A stretch of DNA of 64,000 nt from positions 1,025,685 to 1,089,684 of the forward strand of contig CAVSZB010000007.1 of the NCBI GenBank assembly GCA_963732385.1. The letters are read 5' to 3'. Below, piece by piece: positions 28,303-37,179 of this stretch. This stretch comes from an uncultured bacterium. GTDB lineage: Bacteria > Krumholzibacteriota > Krumholzibacteriia > LZORAL124-64-63. The notes beneath the pieces are model-generated. The model saw only the letters and a program-made list of their open reading frames with translations. It was not told the DNA's origin and made no database searches. Made by a program: the position numbers and the translations under genes. The number at the start of each line of letters is the position of its first letter. Position 1 is the stretch's first letter.

Positions 28303-28773
28303 TCAACGGATGGCGCGGACGCCGGTCAGCCCCCATCCCGCCTCCCCGCGCGCCAGCGTGATGATCAACCGCTCTGGCGCCGCCCCGCTCTCGCCCGACC
28401 GCCGGCGGGTCCAGTCCGCCACCGCGTGCACGAGACCGGTCTCCAGTTCCTCGTTCAGCAGGCTGTAACGGAAAGAGACCGTCTCGGTGGACTGGAAGAG
28501 GTTCTTGAAAAAATAGAAGGCCTGACTCGCGCTGTAGTGGTTGCGCGCCCCCCCCTGCCCAAAGGCAATGTCCACACCGTCGGGTGCGACCCGCGCCGCC
28601 AGCGCCCCGTGATCCTCCGCTTCCCAGACCCGAGCGAGCGCGTCCAGCACCGGCCGCGCCGGTGGCGGTTCCTCGCGGACCGTTCCGGCCCCTGCCAGCC
28701 GACTCACCGCGAAAACCACCAGCAAGGCCGGCAAAAGACCGTTTCGGCAGGACCGGAGAACAGCGGAATTCAC
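28303..28773 (-). CDS. small secreted hypothetical protein (about 156 aa)
   Basis: A GTG start follows GAGGGGAGAAGG. The signal peptide is VNSAVLRSCRNGLLPALLVVFAVSRLAGAG. The conserved-looking core is YSASQAFYFFKNLFQSTETVSFRY. The track ORF up to 29007 would overlap secF. Confidence 0.5.
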   Translation of the reverse strand: MNSAVLRSCRNGLLPALLVVFAVSRLAGAGTVREEPPPARPVLDALARVWEAEDHGALAARVAPDGVDIAFGQGGARNHYSASQAFYFFKNLFQSTETVSFRYSLLNEELETGLVHAVADWTRRRSGESGAAPERLIITLARGEAGWGLTGVRAIR

Positions 28774-28899
28774 GAACCTTCTCCCCTCGGATCCCGGAAC
28801 ACGCTGAAGCGCCGGGGTCCAACCGCAAGGGGCATGCCAAGCCGGCGACTTCCCGCTCTCCCCTATTGTACAGCAGGGCGACCGGTCCGGAAAGACAGC

Positions 28900-28930
28900 G
28901 GGGCGGCCCGTGGCAAAAAAGGGCCGCCCC
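28900..28930 (-). terminator. strong GC stem-loop between secF and the downstream gene (terminator or REP-like element)
   Basis: There is a perfect 10-bp stem GGGGCGGCCC-gtggcaaaaaa-GGGCCGCCCC with an 11-nt loop. On the minus-strand transcript it is followed by GCUGUCUUUCC, a weak U tract. Confidence 0.35.
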
Positions 28931-28957
28931 GCGCTCCCGAGTGGACGTCGGCGCCGC

Positions 28958-29887
28958 CTACATGGTCGGCTGCGCGCGCCGCTTGTCGCCCGCGACCTGC
29001 CGCTCATGCCACAGGAGCAGGAGCGGGGCGGCGATGAAGACCGAGGAGAAGGTCCCGGTCAGCACGCCGAAGCTGAGACAGAACGCAAAATCGTGGATGA
29101 CCGGCCCGCCGAAGAAGTAGAGGACTAGCGACGTGAGCAGAGTCGTGCCGGCCGTCAGCACTGTGCGGCTGAGCGTCTCGTTGACCGAGCGGTTCAGCAC
29201 CTCGATGTACCCCTCGCGCCGACGCAGCTTCATGTTCTCACGGATACGGTCGAAGACGACGATCGTGTCGTTGAGCGAGTAGCCCAGGATCGTGAGGAAC
29301 GCCGCCACGATCTGCAGCGAGATCTCCTTGTTGAGCAGGGAGAACAGGCCGAAGGTGATGATCAGGTCATGCATGGTGGCCAGCAGGGCCGCCACGCCGA
29401 AGCGGAAGATGAACCGGAACGTCAGATAGACGACGACCAGCACGCACGAGGCGAGCACGGAGTTGATGGCCGAGGTCTTGAGCTCGCCGCCGATCTTCGG
29501 GCCGACCCGCTCCTCCCGGCGCAGTTCCACCTTGGCGTTGGGCAGCGCGGAATCGAGCGCGGCGCGCATTTTCTCCGCCCCGCTCAGGGTGCCCGACTCC
29601 ACCCCCTCGAGGGTGATCAGGAACTCGTCGGCCGCCCCGAAGTCCTGCACCTGGGCGCGCGGGAAACCAGCCTGGCCGAGCGCCCGCCGCACTTCGCCAA
29701 TGCCGGGCGAGGGGGCGATGCGCACCTGCAGAACCGAGCCGCCGGTGAAGTCGATGCTCCAGCGCGGCCCCCCCTTGGCGACCAGCGACACGAGACCGGC
29801 CAGAATGATCAGGCCGGAAATCAGGTAGGCGATCTTCCGCTTGCCCAGGATGTTGAACCGGGTATCGGGTGGGAAAAACTGGATCAT
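28958..29887 (-). CDS. secF: protein translocase subunit SecF
   Basis: It has MIQFFPPDTRFNILGKRKIAYLISGLIILAGLVSL..., the SecF periplasmic loop, and the 6-TM RND-like C-terminus. Confidence 0.9.
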   Translation of the reverse strand: MIQFFPPDTRFNILGKRKIAYLISGLIILAGLVSLVAKGGPRWSIDFTGGSVLQVRIAPSPGIGEVRRALGQAGFPRAQVQDFGAADEFLITLEGVESGTLSGAEKMRAALDSALPNAKVELRREERVGPKIGGELKTSAINSVLASCVLVVVYLTFRFIFRFGVAALLATMHDLIITFGLFSLLNKEISLQIVAAFLTILGYSLNDTIVVFDRIRENMKLRRREGYIEVLNRSVNETLSRTVLTAGTTLLTSLVLYFFGGPVIHDFAFCLSFGVLTGTFSSVFIAAPLLLLWHERQVAGDKRRAQPTM

Positions 29888-29929
29888 CTCGTCCCGACCT
29901 TTCCTGGCGCCCGCCGGGCGCCGGCGGCG

Positions 29930-31618
29930 TCAGATACTCAGCGACGTGCGCCGCGGATCGCGCGCGATGGCTTCCAGGATGAAGCGGTTGGCGACCAGCG
30001 CCACGAACACCGTCGTCACGATACCGATGGTCAGCGTCACGGCGAATCCCTTGATCGCGCCGGTTCCGAACCAGAGCAGGATCACCGAGGTAATGACCGT
30101 GGTGACGTTCGCGTCGATGATCGTCCGCGTGGCGTTTCCGAAGCCGGCGTCGATCGCGGCGCGCACGGTCTTCTTCTTGCGCAGTTCCTCGCGGATCCGC
30201 TCGTTGATCAGCACGTTCGCGTCCACCGCCATGCCGACCGTGAGCACGATGCCCGCGATGCCGGGCAGCGTCAGCACCAGACCGAACTGAGCCAGCACCG
30301 CCATCATGATCAGCAGGTTGATCATCAGGGTCACGACCGCAATGACCCCGCAGAGCCGGTAGTAGAAGAGCATGAACAGCACGACCACGATCGCGCCGAT
30401 CAGGGCGGCGTTCACCCCCTGCCGGATCGAGTCGCGCCCGAGACCGGGACCGACCGTGCGCTCCTCCTCGATGCGGATGTTGGCCGGCAGGGCGCCGGCG
30501 CGCAACAGCAGCGAGAGGTCGCTGGCCTGCTCGTGCGTGAAGGTGCCGGTGATGGAGGCCTTGCCGCTGGGGATCTTGCCGCGGATGTTCGGCGCCGAGG
30601 AGACGCGGCCATCGAGCGTGATCGCCAGATTGCGACCGACGTTCTCGCCGGTGACCTTCGAGAACTGGCGCGCCCCCTTGCGGTCGAGCGACATCTCAAC
30701 CTGCCAGCCGCCCGGCCGCTCCGAATCGGGCGACGTGCGGGCGTTGGTCAGCCGATCGCCGGTCAGGCTGGCCGCGGCGTTGAGGAGATACAGCGGACGC
30801 GCCTTCAGCGCCCCGTAGCTGACCGCCTCACTGTCGAACTGCAGCTCCACCGACGCCCCCATCGCGCGGGCGGCCGGACGGGCGAGCAGCTGCTCGACGA
30901 TGGCCACTTCGTCCTCCTGCACGAACATCGACGTGCCGAAACTCCGCGCGAAGTTCTCGTCCTGCTGGACATAGGCGGTGAGCGGATGATCCTTCACGTA
31001 CTGGTCGTCTTCGCTCCTGTTGTCGGCCGTGGGCAGCGACGGCAGGGACTTGAAGGGATCGCCCGGAACGCTGTCGGTCGCCGCCGGCATCGCCGCCGGC
31101 GTGGCGGCCGCGGCACCCGAGCCGGTGGCCCGGAACGCCTCGTCGAGGCGCGCGAGCACCCCCGCGACCTCCTCCTCCGGACGCACCAGGCGGAACTCCA
31201 GGCGGGCGGTCCGCCCGATCAGATCCTTGGCGCGCTGCGGGTCGAGCAGGCCGGGTAGCTGGACGATGATCCGCCCGGTCCCCTGCGTCTGGATGACCGG
31301 CTCGCTCACGCCGAACTGGTCGATACGGTTGCGGATGATCTCCACGACCCGCTTGAGGGCGTCAGCCTGCTGTTCCGCAGTCATCCCCTCCTGCTCCACC
31401 TCGAGCACCAGATACATGCCGCCCTGAAGATCGAGTCCGCGCCGGATCGCCTTCGCATCGATGCGCGCGATCCGCGCCTTGAGGGCCGGGTCGTTCGCCG
31501 ACGCCACGCGTTCCGCCGGGGAGATGGAGGCCGCCCGGAAGGTCGGCAGAAGGAGATACAGGGACAGCAGGGTCAGCACCAGGGTGACCCCCGCCCTGAT
31601 CTGCTGGGTTCTGTTCAT
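29930..31618 (-). CDS. secD: protein translocase subunit SecD
   Basis: The start is MNRTQQIRAGVTLVLTLLSLYLLLP at ATG about 31618. The large periplasmic domain reads LDLQGGMYLVLEV...VSEPVIQTQGTGRIIVQLPG, and a 6-TM C-terminus follows. The track start 31741 is an antisense-inflated extension. Confidence 0.9.
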   Translation of the reverse strand: MNRTQQIRAGVTLVLTLLSLYLLLPTFRAASISPAERVASANDPALKARIARIDAKAIRRGLDLQGGMYLVLEVEQEGMTAEQQADALKRVVEIIRNRIDQFGVSEPVIQTQGTGRIIVQLPGLLDPQRAKDLIGRTARLEFRLVRPEEEVAGVLARLDEAFRATGSGAAAATPAAMPAATDSVPGDPFKSLPSLPTADNRSEDDQYVKDHPLTAYVQQDENFARSFGTSMFVQEDEVAIVEQLLARPAARAMGASVELQFDSEAVSYGALKARPLYLLNAAASLTGDRLTNARTSPDSERPGGWQVEMSLDRKGARQFSKVTGENVGRNLAITLDGRVSSAPNIRGKIPSGKASITGTFTHEQASDLSLLLRAGALPANIRIEEERTVGPGLGRDSIRQGVNAALIGAIVVVLFMLFYYRLCGVIAVVTLMINLLIMMAVLAQFGLVLTLPGIAGIVLTVGMAVDANVLINERIREELRKKKTVRAAIDAGFGNATRTIIDANVTTVITSVILLWFGTGAIKGFAVTLTIGIVTTVFVALVANRFILEAIARDPRRTSLSI

Positions 31619-31781
31619 GGACACCTCTCCAGGCTGCATGGCGATAATAATCACGCCGGGTGGCGGGTGGCCCAGGCGCGCCCCGAACACAAAAAAACAC
31701 GCCCTGACGCGATTTCCCGACCGAGCTGCAAGCCGGTCCAAGGCGTAGCGCGAGCCTCACTACCCCGCCGCGGAACTTACA

Positions 31782-31809
31782 ATTATAGCAACCGGCCGGA
31801 TTCTGTCAA
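31782..31809 (-). promoter_or_regulatory. near-perfect sigma-70 consensus promoter upstream of secDF
   Basis: The minus strand reads TTGACA-16 nt-TATAAT (plus strand tgtcaa at 31804-31809 and attata at 31782-31787). It lies about 165 nt upstream of the secD ATG in an unusually AT-rich 280-bp gap. Confidence 0.4.
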
Positions 31810-31902
31810 TCCCTGCGCACCTCCGCAACCGGCCGACGCCTCTGGACGACCTTACCGCTACCGCCTACATTCCCCGCTTCGCCTCTGCACGACAGGAGTG
31901 GC

Positions 31903-32688
31903 ATGACCCTGGTGACCGCCTTTGCGCCCGGCCTCTGGCCGCGGAAATTGCGTCTGACGATCTCCGCCCTCGGCCTGTGCGGTCTGGCCGGCACCCTGTC
32001 GCCGCTGCTGGCCGGTCCGCGCGCCCCGGCCTGGATCGCCCCAGCCGTCGCCAACGCCGTGGCGAGCCCCCTGCGCGCCGACCTGGCCGATTCCACGTTC
32101 GCGCGCCTGCACCGGGAATACGTGTCCGAGATCGATTTCGCGGCCAACGGCTTCACGCGCGCCCTGAGCGCCGCGCACCGCCACCCCGACCGCTGGCTCG
32201 CCCTGCCGCTCTTTCTGGTCGCCGCGGTGGCCCCCTGGTCCGGCCGGAGATCCCCCGTGGCGCGCCCCGCACCCCCCGCTGACGGCGCCGTCCGCTTGTC
32301 CGCCCTGCCAGGGGGCGAAGCGACCCGCGGCGCCCTGCTCGGCCTCATCCCACTGCAGTTGCTGTTCCACGGCACCTCCATCCAGCCGCTCCTGGGGGCC
32401 TGGACAGACCTGCTCGGCAACCTCTCCCGCTCCCTGCTGATGATCCAGATCCAGGCCTACAGCTATTTCGTCCCCGCGACCATGCGCGCCGTGGCGCTGT
32501 TCTTCGCCGAGGAATCGCCGCAGCTGGAAGCGCAGCTCCAGCGCCAGTTGTGGCTGCTGCGGGGGATGGATCTGCTGCTGGCGGCGGGCGAGGCGTTCCT
32601 GCTGCTCTGGCTGGCGCGGGCAGTGCACCGCGCCGCGGAACCGTCAGCCCCCGCCGCGCCCGGCGCCGGCGCCTCCGCCGACGACTGA
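31903..32688 (+). CDS. hypothetical membrane protein; the only plus-strand gene in a 32-kb minus-strand run
   Basis: ATG follows AGGAG at a 4-nt spacing. GC3 is strongly biased. There are several hydrophobic segments (LALPLFLVAAVAPW, ALLGLIPLQLLF, LLLAAGEAFLLLWLA). Its 3' end overlaps the convergent yibQ-like gene by about 45 nt. Confidence 0.5.
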   Translation: MTLVTAFAPGLWPRKLRLTISALGLCGLAGTLSPLLAGPRAPAWIAPAVANAVASPLRADLADSTFARLHREYVSEIDFAANGFTRALSAAHRHPDRWLALPLFLVAAVAPWSGRRSPVARPAPPADGAVRLSALPGGEATRGALLGLIPLQLLFHGTSIQPLLGAWTDLLGNLSRSLLMIQIQAYSYFVPATMRAVALFFAEESPQLEAQLQRQLWLLRGMDLLLAAGEAFLLLWLARAVHRAAEPSAPAAPGAGASADD

Positions 32689-33645
32689 GGTGTCCCGCAG
32701 CGCCCGCAACTCCGACAAGGTGACCAGCCTGACACCGGCGGCCCGCAGCCGCGGCAGTTCCGCGGCCAGGACCTCGGCCGTGGCAGGCTTGGGGTGTCCG
32801 ATGCCGATCGCCACCCCGTTGCGTCGCGCCGCGCGCTCCAGTTGCACCAGACGCTGCCGGATCTGGTCCGGCTCGGGATCCCCCTCGTCGATGAAGAGCT
32901 GGTTGGCGAGGCACGGCACGCCGTGGCGCACAGCCGCCGCCGTCGCCACCGAGCGGGGGGTGGTCAGGCTGTCGAGAAACGGCAGCCGTCGCGCCGCCAG
33001 CGCCCCCATCAGGGCGTCCATGAGGGTCGAGTCGGCGGTGGCCCGGCTGCCGCGGTGGCTGCTCACCCCGGTCGCCCCCGGCACGTCGCCCAGCGCCTCG
33101 TCGAGACGACGCGCCACCTCGTCGGTCGTCAGGCCGACCCGCAATTCGTCGGGACCGGCCGCCGCCTCGCCCACGGGGTGCCCCTCGGCCTCCATCGGCA
33201 GGTGCAGGAGCACCTCGCGCTTCCCCGGCGCCGCGGCGGCGGCGTAGCGTCGCGAGTGCGGCTGGCCCGGAATGATGGCCAGGGTCAGCGGCGCGTCGAG
33301 CGCCAGGATCGCCCGCGCCGCCGCGGTGTCGCAGCACCCCCAGTCGTCGATGACCAGCGCGAGCAGCGGACCGTCGGCTCCGGGGAGCCGGCCGTGCGTG
33401 GTGTCGGGCAGGGCCCGGGCCGGCGCAACGGCGGCGACGCCTTGCGGCGGCGTCGCGCGTTGCCCCGCCGGGTCGTGCCGCGCCTGCGCCACGCTCCGCC
33501 CCCGCGAAACGCGCGCCCGCCGCAGCGCCAGTCCGCCCCCCACCGCCACCAGCACGGCGACGCCGAGCAGCCAGAGTGTGATCGCGCGCCGCCCGCCGGG
33601 GCGGCGTCTGCTGGTCCGGGATGGTTTGCGCATGGGGCGCAGCAT
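32644..33645 (-). CDS. divergent polysaccharide deacetylase family protein (YibQ-like)
   Basis: It has an N-terminal TM anchor, then LALVIDDWG, LLHLPME and SSHRGSRAT blocks typical of the YibQ/divergent-4-fold deacetylase family. It is 333 aa. Confidence 0.65.
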   Translation of the reverse strand: MLRPMRKPSRTSRRRPGGRRAITLWLLGVAVLVAVGGGLALRRARVSRGRSVAQARHDPAGQRATPPQGVAAVAPARALPDTTHGRLPGADGPLLALVIDDWGCCDTAAARAILALDAPLTLAIIPGQPHSRRYAAAAAPGKREVLLHLPMEAEGHPVGEAAAGPDELRVGLTTDEVARRLDEALGDVPGATGVSSHRGSRATADSTLMDALMGALAARRLPFLDSLTTPRSVATAAAVRHGVPCLANQLFIDEGDPEPDQIRQRLVQLERAARRNGVAIGIGHPKPATAEVLAAELPRLRAAGVRLVTLSELRALRDTSVVGGGAGAGRGGG

Positions 33646-33744
33646 AACCGCTCGACCGGCGAAAGCCAGCCCGGCCTCGGGGGAAAAAGAAAAAGGGGGC
33701 CCGTCGGGGCCCCCTCGATGAACCGGTCGGCCAGGCGCCGTGGT

Positions 33745-34353
33745 CTACGGGGTCGATCGGGTCATGTCGACCTGGCCGCGCAGCTGGAAGTACTGCCTGG
33801 TCAAGCCGTTGGCTACCGAGTCCCGGCTGGCTACGTAGAACTCCTGCTCGCCGTTCACGATGATGGTGTTCGCATCGGGGCGCGAGAAGGTGATCTGGAT
33901 TTCGTACAGCCCTTTCCGGGTATTAGGAAAATTGGTATCGCTCGGACCGACGTCGATCCAGATGCCCAGCCGGTTGAGCACGGCGATCGAGATGCTCGAA
34001 ATGGCCGGCACAGTCGTGTCCCCGGGCCGCTCGATCGGCAGGCCGGAGAACATGTTCTCCGTCACCGCGAGTTCCTCGGCGTAGGTGAAGCGATCGCTCC
34101 CGCCAGGTGGCACATCCTCAGCGCGGAGGATGAAGAGATAATCCGGATGCAGCACGGGGCGGTAGTTGTCGATGTTCATGCTGGTGTAGGCTGTCTTGAA
34201 GTTGGCGATCAACTGGTCTTCGCTGTCCGGAAATGGGATCACGGGCGGAGGAGGCGGCGGCTGAGTGTCGTTGTCCGGCGAAAAGAGGCAGCCGGAGCCC
34301 GTCAGGACGGCGAGCAACAGCGGCATCAGGAAGGCAAGTCTGAGGATCCGCAT
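33745..34353 (-). CDS. lipoprotein, paralog B (lipobox LTGSGC)
   Basis: The start is MRILRLAFLMPLLLAVLTGSGC-LFSP, followed by a Pro-rich linker (PPPPPPV) and a ~170-aa domain. It is a paralog of 34454..35092. Confidence 0.6.
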   Translation of the reverse strand: MRILRLAFLMPLLLAVLTGSGCLFSPDNDTQPPPPPPVIPFPDSEDQLIANFKTAYTSMNIDNYRPVLHPDYLFILRAEDVPPGGSDRFTYAEELAVTENMFSGLPIERPGDTTVPAISSISIAVLNRLGIWIDVGPSDTNFPNTRKGLYEIQITFSRPDANTIIVNGEQEFYVASRDSVANGLTRQYFQLRGQVDMTRSTP

Positions 34354-34453
34354 GGAGAAACCTCCGTTTGCTGACGCATGCACCGTGACGGGGCCACGGC
34401 GCACGAAACCCTGTCCACGAGGTTTGCTATGAGTATAGCCTATCAAGGAGCGG

Positions 34454-35092
34454 CTAGCCACCCCCCGCGATAATGGCGCCGCGCAGGATGCCCGCCGTGG
34501 GCAGGGTGGCGCCCGAAATCGGGTCGGCCTCCCCCTGCACGTCCCGCCACTCCGTCAGCTTCCAGAAGCTGCCTTCCAGGGCCAGCTTGAAGAACGCCCG
34601 CCCACGGTAAGGGGTCGGCTGCGACGAGCCGGGGCTGGTCACCCCCAGGGCGTAGATGAACTCCCACTCCACGGCCGTGGCCCCCTCGCCGTCAAAGATC
34701 ACGACCTCGCGCAGGCTCGCCGCGATGGCGTCGGTGTTGTTGAACAACGCCGTGATAAAGACCTGCTCCCTGGTGTAGTCCCAGTTCGGCCAGTCCACGT
34801 CGGGATACTCGGTCGTGGTCTGCCCGTCCGGCACGTAGTGGAAGGTCTCCCCGAGCTGGTCCATGTAGCCGACCGCATCGCGGGCGCGCAGCGCCTTGTC
34901 GAGATTCTCCATCACGGCGGCCGCGCTCAGGCGCGGGATGTACTGCACCACGCTGCCGCTGGCGGGCGGTTCCGCCCCGCGCGGCGCGAACAGGCAGCCA
35001 CCGACGCCAGGCGCCAGGGCCAGCGCCAGCAGCAGCGCTGCCGGCGCGCGCCGCGCCACCCCCCGGCCCGTACTGTCGAATCCGTTTCGCAT
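34454..35092 (-). CDS. lipoprotein, paralog A (lipobox APGVGGC)
   Basis: The start is MRNGFDSTGRGVARRAPAALLLALALAPGVGGC-LFAP. Its ATG overlaps the OMP stop as TGATG (translational coupling). Confidence 0.6.
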   Translation of the reverse strand: MRNGFDSTGRGVARRAPAALLLALALAPGVGGCLFAPRGAEPPASGSVVQYIPRLSAAAVMENLDKALRARDAVGYMDQLGETFHYVPDGQTTTEYPDVDWPNWDYTREQVFITALFNNTDAIAASLREVVIFDGEGATAVEWEFIYALGVTSPGSSQPTPYRGRAFFKLALEGSFWKLTEWRDVQGEADPISGATLPTAGILRGAIIAGGG

Positions 35093-37179
35093 CAGAATTT
35101 CCACCCCAGGGCGATGTCCGCGTCCCAATAGTCGCTGTTGGCCACCTGCACGTTCGGACCGTAGGCGTAGTACTTCTTCACGCGCGCGGTCAGGTTCCGG
35201 CCATCCTCAGACGCACCGAGCGTGCGGCTGTAGGTTCCGCCCACCCAGACCTGTCCGCCCAGCCGCGACCGGCTGCTCCCCCGCGCGCCAAAGGTCGTAT
35301 TCACGTCTTTCGTCCGTTGCGTGGCGCCCTCCAGCGTGAACCCGGGCTGCACCTGATAGGTGAGCCCGCAACTGACCGTGGAGATGCGCTGCTCGAGATC
35401 GCGCGCGTAGACCGCATCGCCGGCGGCGTTCTCGGACGACTTGCCGGCGTTGAACCGCGCGCTGTACTCCTGGACCAGATTGAATCTGAGCCGGGAGGAC
35501 GGCTTGAGGGTCACCCTGGTGCTCAGGTTGCCCCGCTTGTTGTAATCGTCACGCAGCGTGATCGACGGCAGGGCGTCATACACATAGTCGGTGAACTGAA
35601 TTTCCAGCCGGTAGTCCTGACTCAGCTGCAGCCACGATTCCAGCGGCCAGAAATAGCCGGCGCGCATCTCGTAGGTGTCCTTGAAGTTGTTGTTCGCGGA
35701 TCGGTTGCGCCGGATCGCGATGTCCTCGACGTGGCGATAGGCGAACGTTCCGACCGTGCGAAAAACGTTCGCCCAGTCGGTCGCGAGGGTCGCCGACCAG
35801 TTGCTCTCGAGCCGATCCCGATCGTTGTCGTTGAACTGCCGTTCGGCGATCTGCTGATTGAGGATCTGCTGCCCGCGCAGGCGCAACGACGAACGGCGAA
35901 ACAGTCGGTGCGACCAGACGGAAGTGAGCTCCCGGTTCTTCGCGATCTGTCGTCCGCGCGGAACGGTCGCGTTGCGGTATGTCTGATCGTCCCAGCGCCA
36001 CATGTAATTGTAGGAAAGACTGAGGGTGTCGGTCGCGGAGGTCCAGTCGGCGCCGAGCTGCACGCGATCCTGGTGATCCTCGCGGCGTCCCGCCCCGCTC
36101 GTGGCGAAACTGTTCTTCCTCAGGTCTCGCCCCAGGGTCGCGTCCAGGCTCAGGCCGCCCCACCTGGCGGCATTGCGCCACTCGAGCGCCATGGCGTCGT
36201 TCTGCTCCAGCTCCTGCACGATCTTCTGGACCGCGCCGAGCGTGTCGATAATGCCATTGGCGTTGCGGCGATAGTCCAGGTAGCGGCGGTCGAAGTTGGC
36301 CAGGCGGGCAGAGACCGAACCGGTCAACATGCGACGGGTGTAACCGACAAACGCGCCGAGGGTGTCGCCGTTGGCAGAGGACGAACTGGTCTCGTTGCCC
36401 AGCGTGCGGTTGCCTCCGGAGCGTTCGCCATAGGCGCTCGTTACGACCACCACGCCCCGCGCCGGCTGGTAGCGACTGCTCAGCCCCGCGCTCCCGAGCC
36501 GCTCGCGAAAATCGTTGGGAATGCCCAGACTCGACTGCTTCTGGTCGTCCAGGCGTCCCGCCAACCGCAGCGCATGACGGACCCCGCCCGTGTTCGCGAC
36601 CAGGCTGTCCACGTTCGCCCGTGCCTGCTTGAAGTCGAGCCGGTTGATGTTGGCGTTGCCGGCGGTGTTCACGGTCCGGTCTTCACTCCAGTTGCGGGTC
36701 AGCGAGAGGGTCTTGCAGAATCGCGGGCCGGACAGGTCGCTGAAAAGCAGGCTGCCGTCGCGCGCTTCGACCGTCTTGTCCTGCTGGCGATAGTCCTCCA
36801 GCGACCAGCCGACCTTCGCATTCAGAACGGAGTGGTTGCGCAACACCAGATCGCTCGCCAGCCCGGCGTCATAGCGGACGGTGCGCACACCGGAGGACAG
36901 GTGAGCGGTCGGCGACTGGGTCCAGATCACGATGGCCGGGTCGGTGGCCGGTGGCGCCGCCTCCCCGCTCAAGCTGTCCGCGACCGCGTTCGTACTGTCC
37001 GACGCGGCGAATTCGGTCGGCGCCGGAACGGAGTCGCCCGGCGCCGCGGCCAGCATCACCGTTATCGCCTCGCCACGTGCGGCCCCGGCCGGCGGGGAGA
37101 ACGCCAGACCGTCGCAGAGCAGCAAAGCCAGCGCGGCGATCCCGGCCCCCCGGACCTTGTCGCGCGGACCGCCACTCAC
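35092..37179 (-). CDS. outer-membrane beta-barrel protein (about 695 aa)
   Basis: Its GTG start overlaps the ksgA stop (GTGA). The signal peptide is GAGIAALALLLCDGLAFSPPAGAA. It has alternating amphipathic beta-strand composition rich in Y/N/S/T/R and a C-terminal ...IALGWKF (terminal Phe). The track ORF 35092..37800 is inflated through ksgA. Confidence 0.65.
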   Translation of the reverse strand: MSGGPRDKVRGAGIAALALLLCDGLAFSPPAGAARGEAITVMLAAAPGDSVPAPTEFAASDSTNAVADSLSGEAAPPATDPAIVIWTQSPTAHLSSGVRTVRYDAGLASDLVLRNHSVLNAKVGWSLEDYRQQDKTVEARDGSLLFSDLSGPRFCKTLSLTRNWSEDRTVNTAGNANINRLDFKQARANVDSLVANTGGVRHALRLAGRLDDQKQSSLGIPNDFRERLGSAGLSSRYQPARGVVVVTSAYGERSGGNRTLGNETSSSSANGDTLGAFVGYTRRMLTGSVSARLANFDRRYLDYRRNANGIIDTLGAVQKIVQELEQNDAMALEWRNAARWGGLSLDATLGRDLRKNSFATSGAGRREDHQDRVQLGADWTSATDTLSLSYNYMWRWDDQTYRNATVPRGRQIAKNRELTSVWSHRLFRRSSLRLRGQQILNQQIAERQFNDNDRDRLESNWSATLATDWANVFRTVGTFAYRHVEDIAIRRNRSANNNFKDTYEMRAGYFWPLESWLQLSQDYRLEIQFTDYVYDALPSITLRDDYNKRGNLSTRVTLKPSSRLRFNLVQEYSARFNAGKSSENAAGDAVYARDLEQRISTVSCGLTYQVQPGFTLEGATQRTKDVNTTFGARGSSRSRLGGQVWVGGTYSRTLGASEDGRNLTARVKKYYAYGPNVQVANSDYWDADIALGWKF

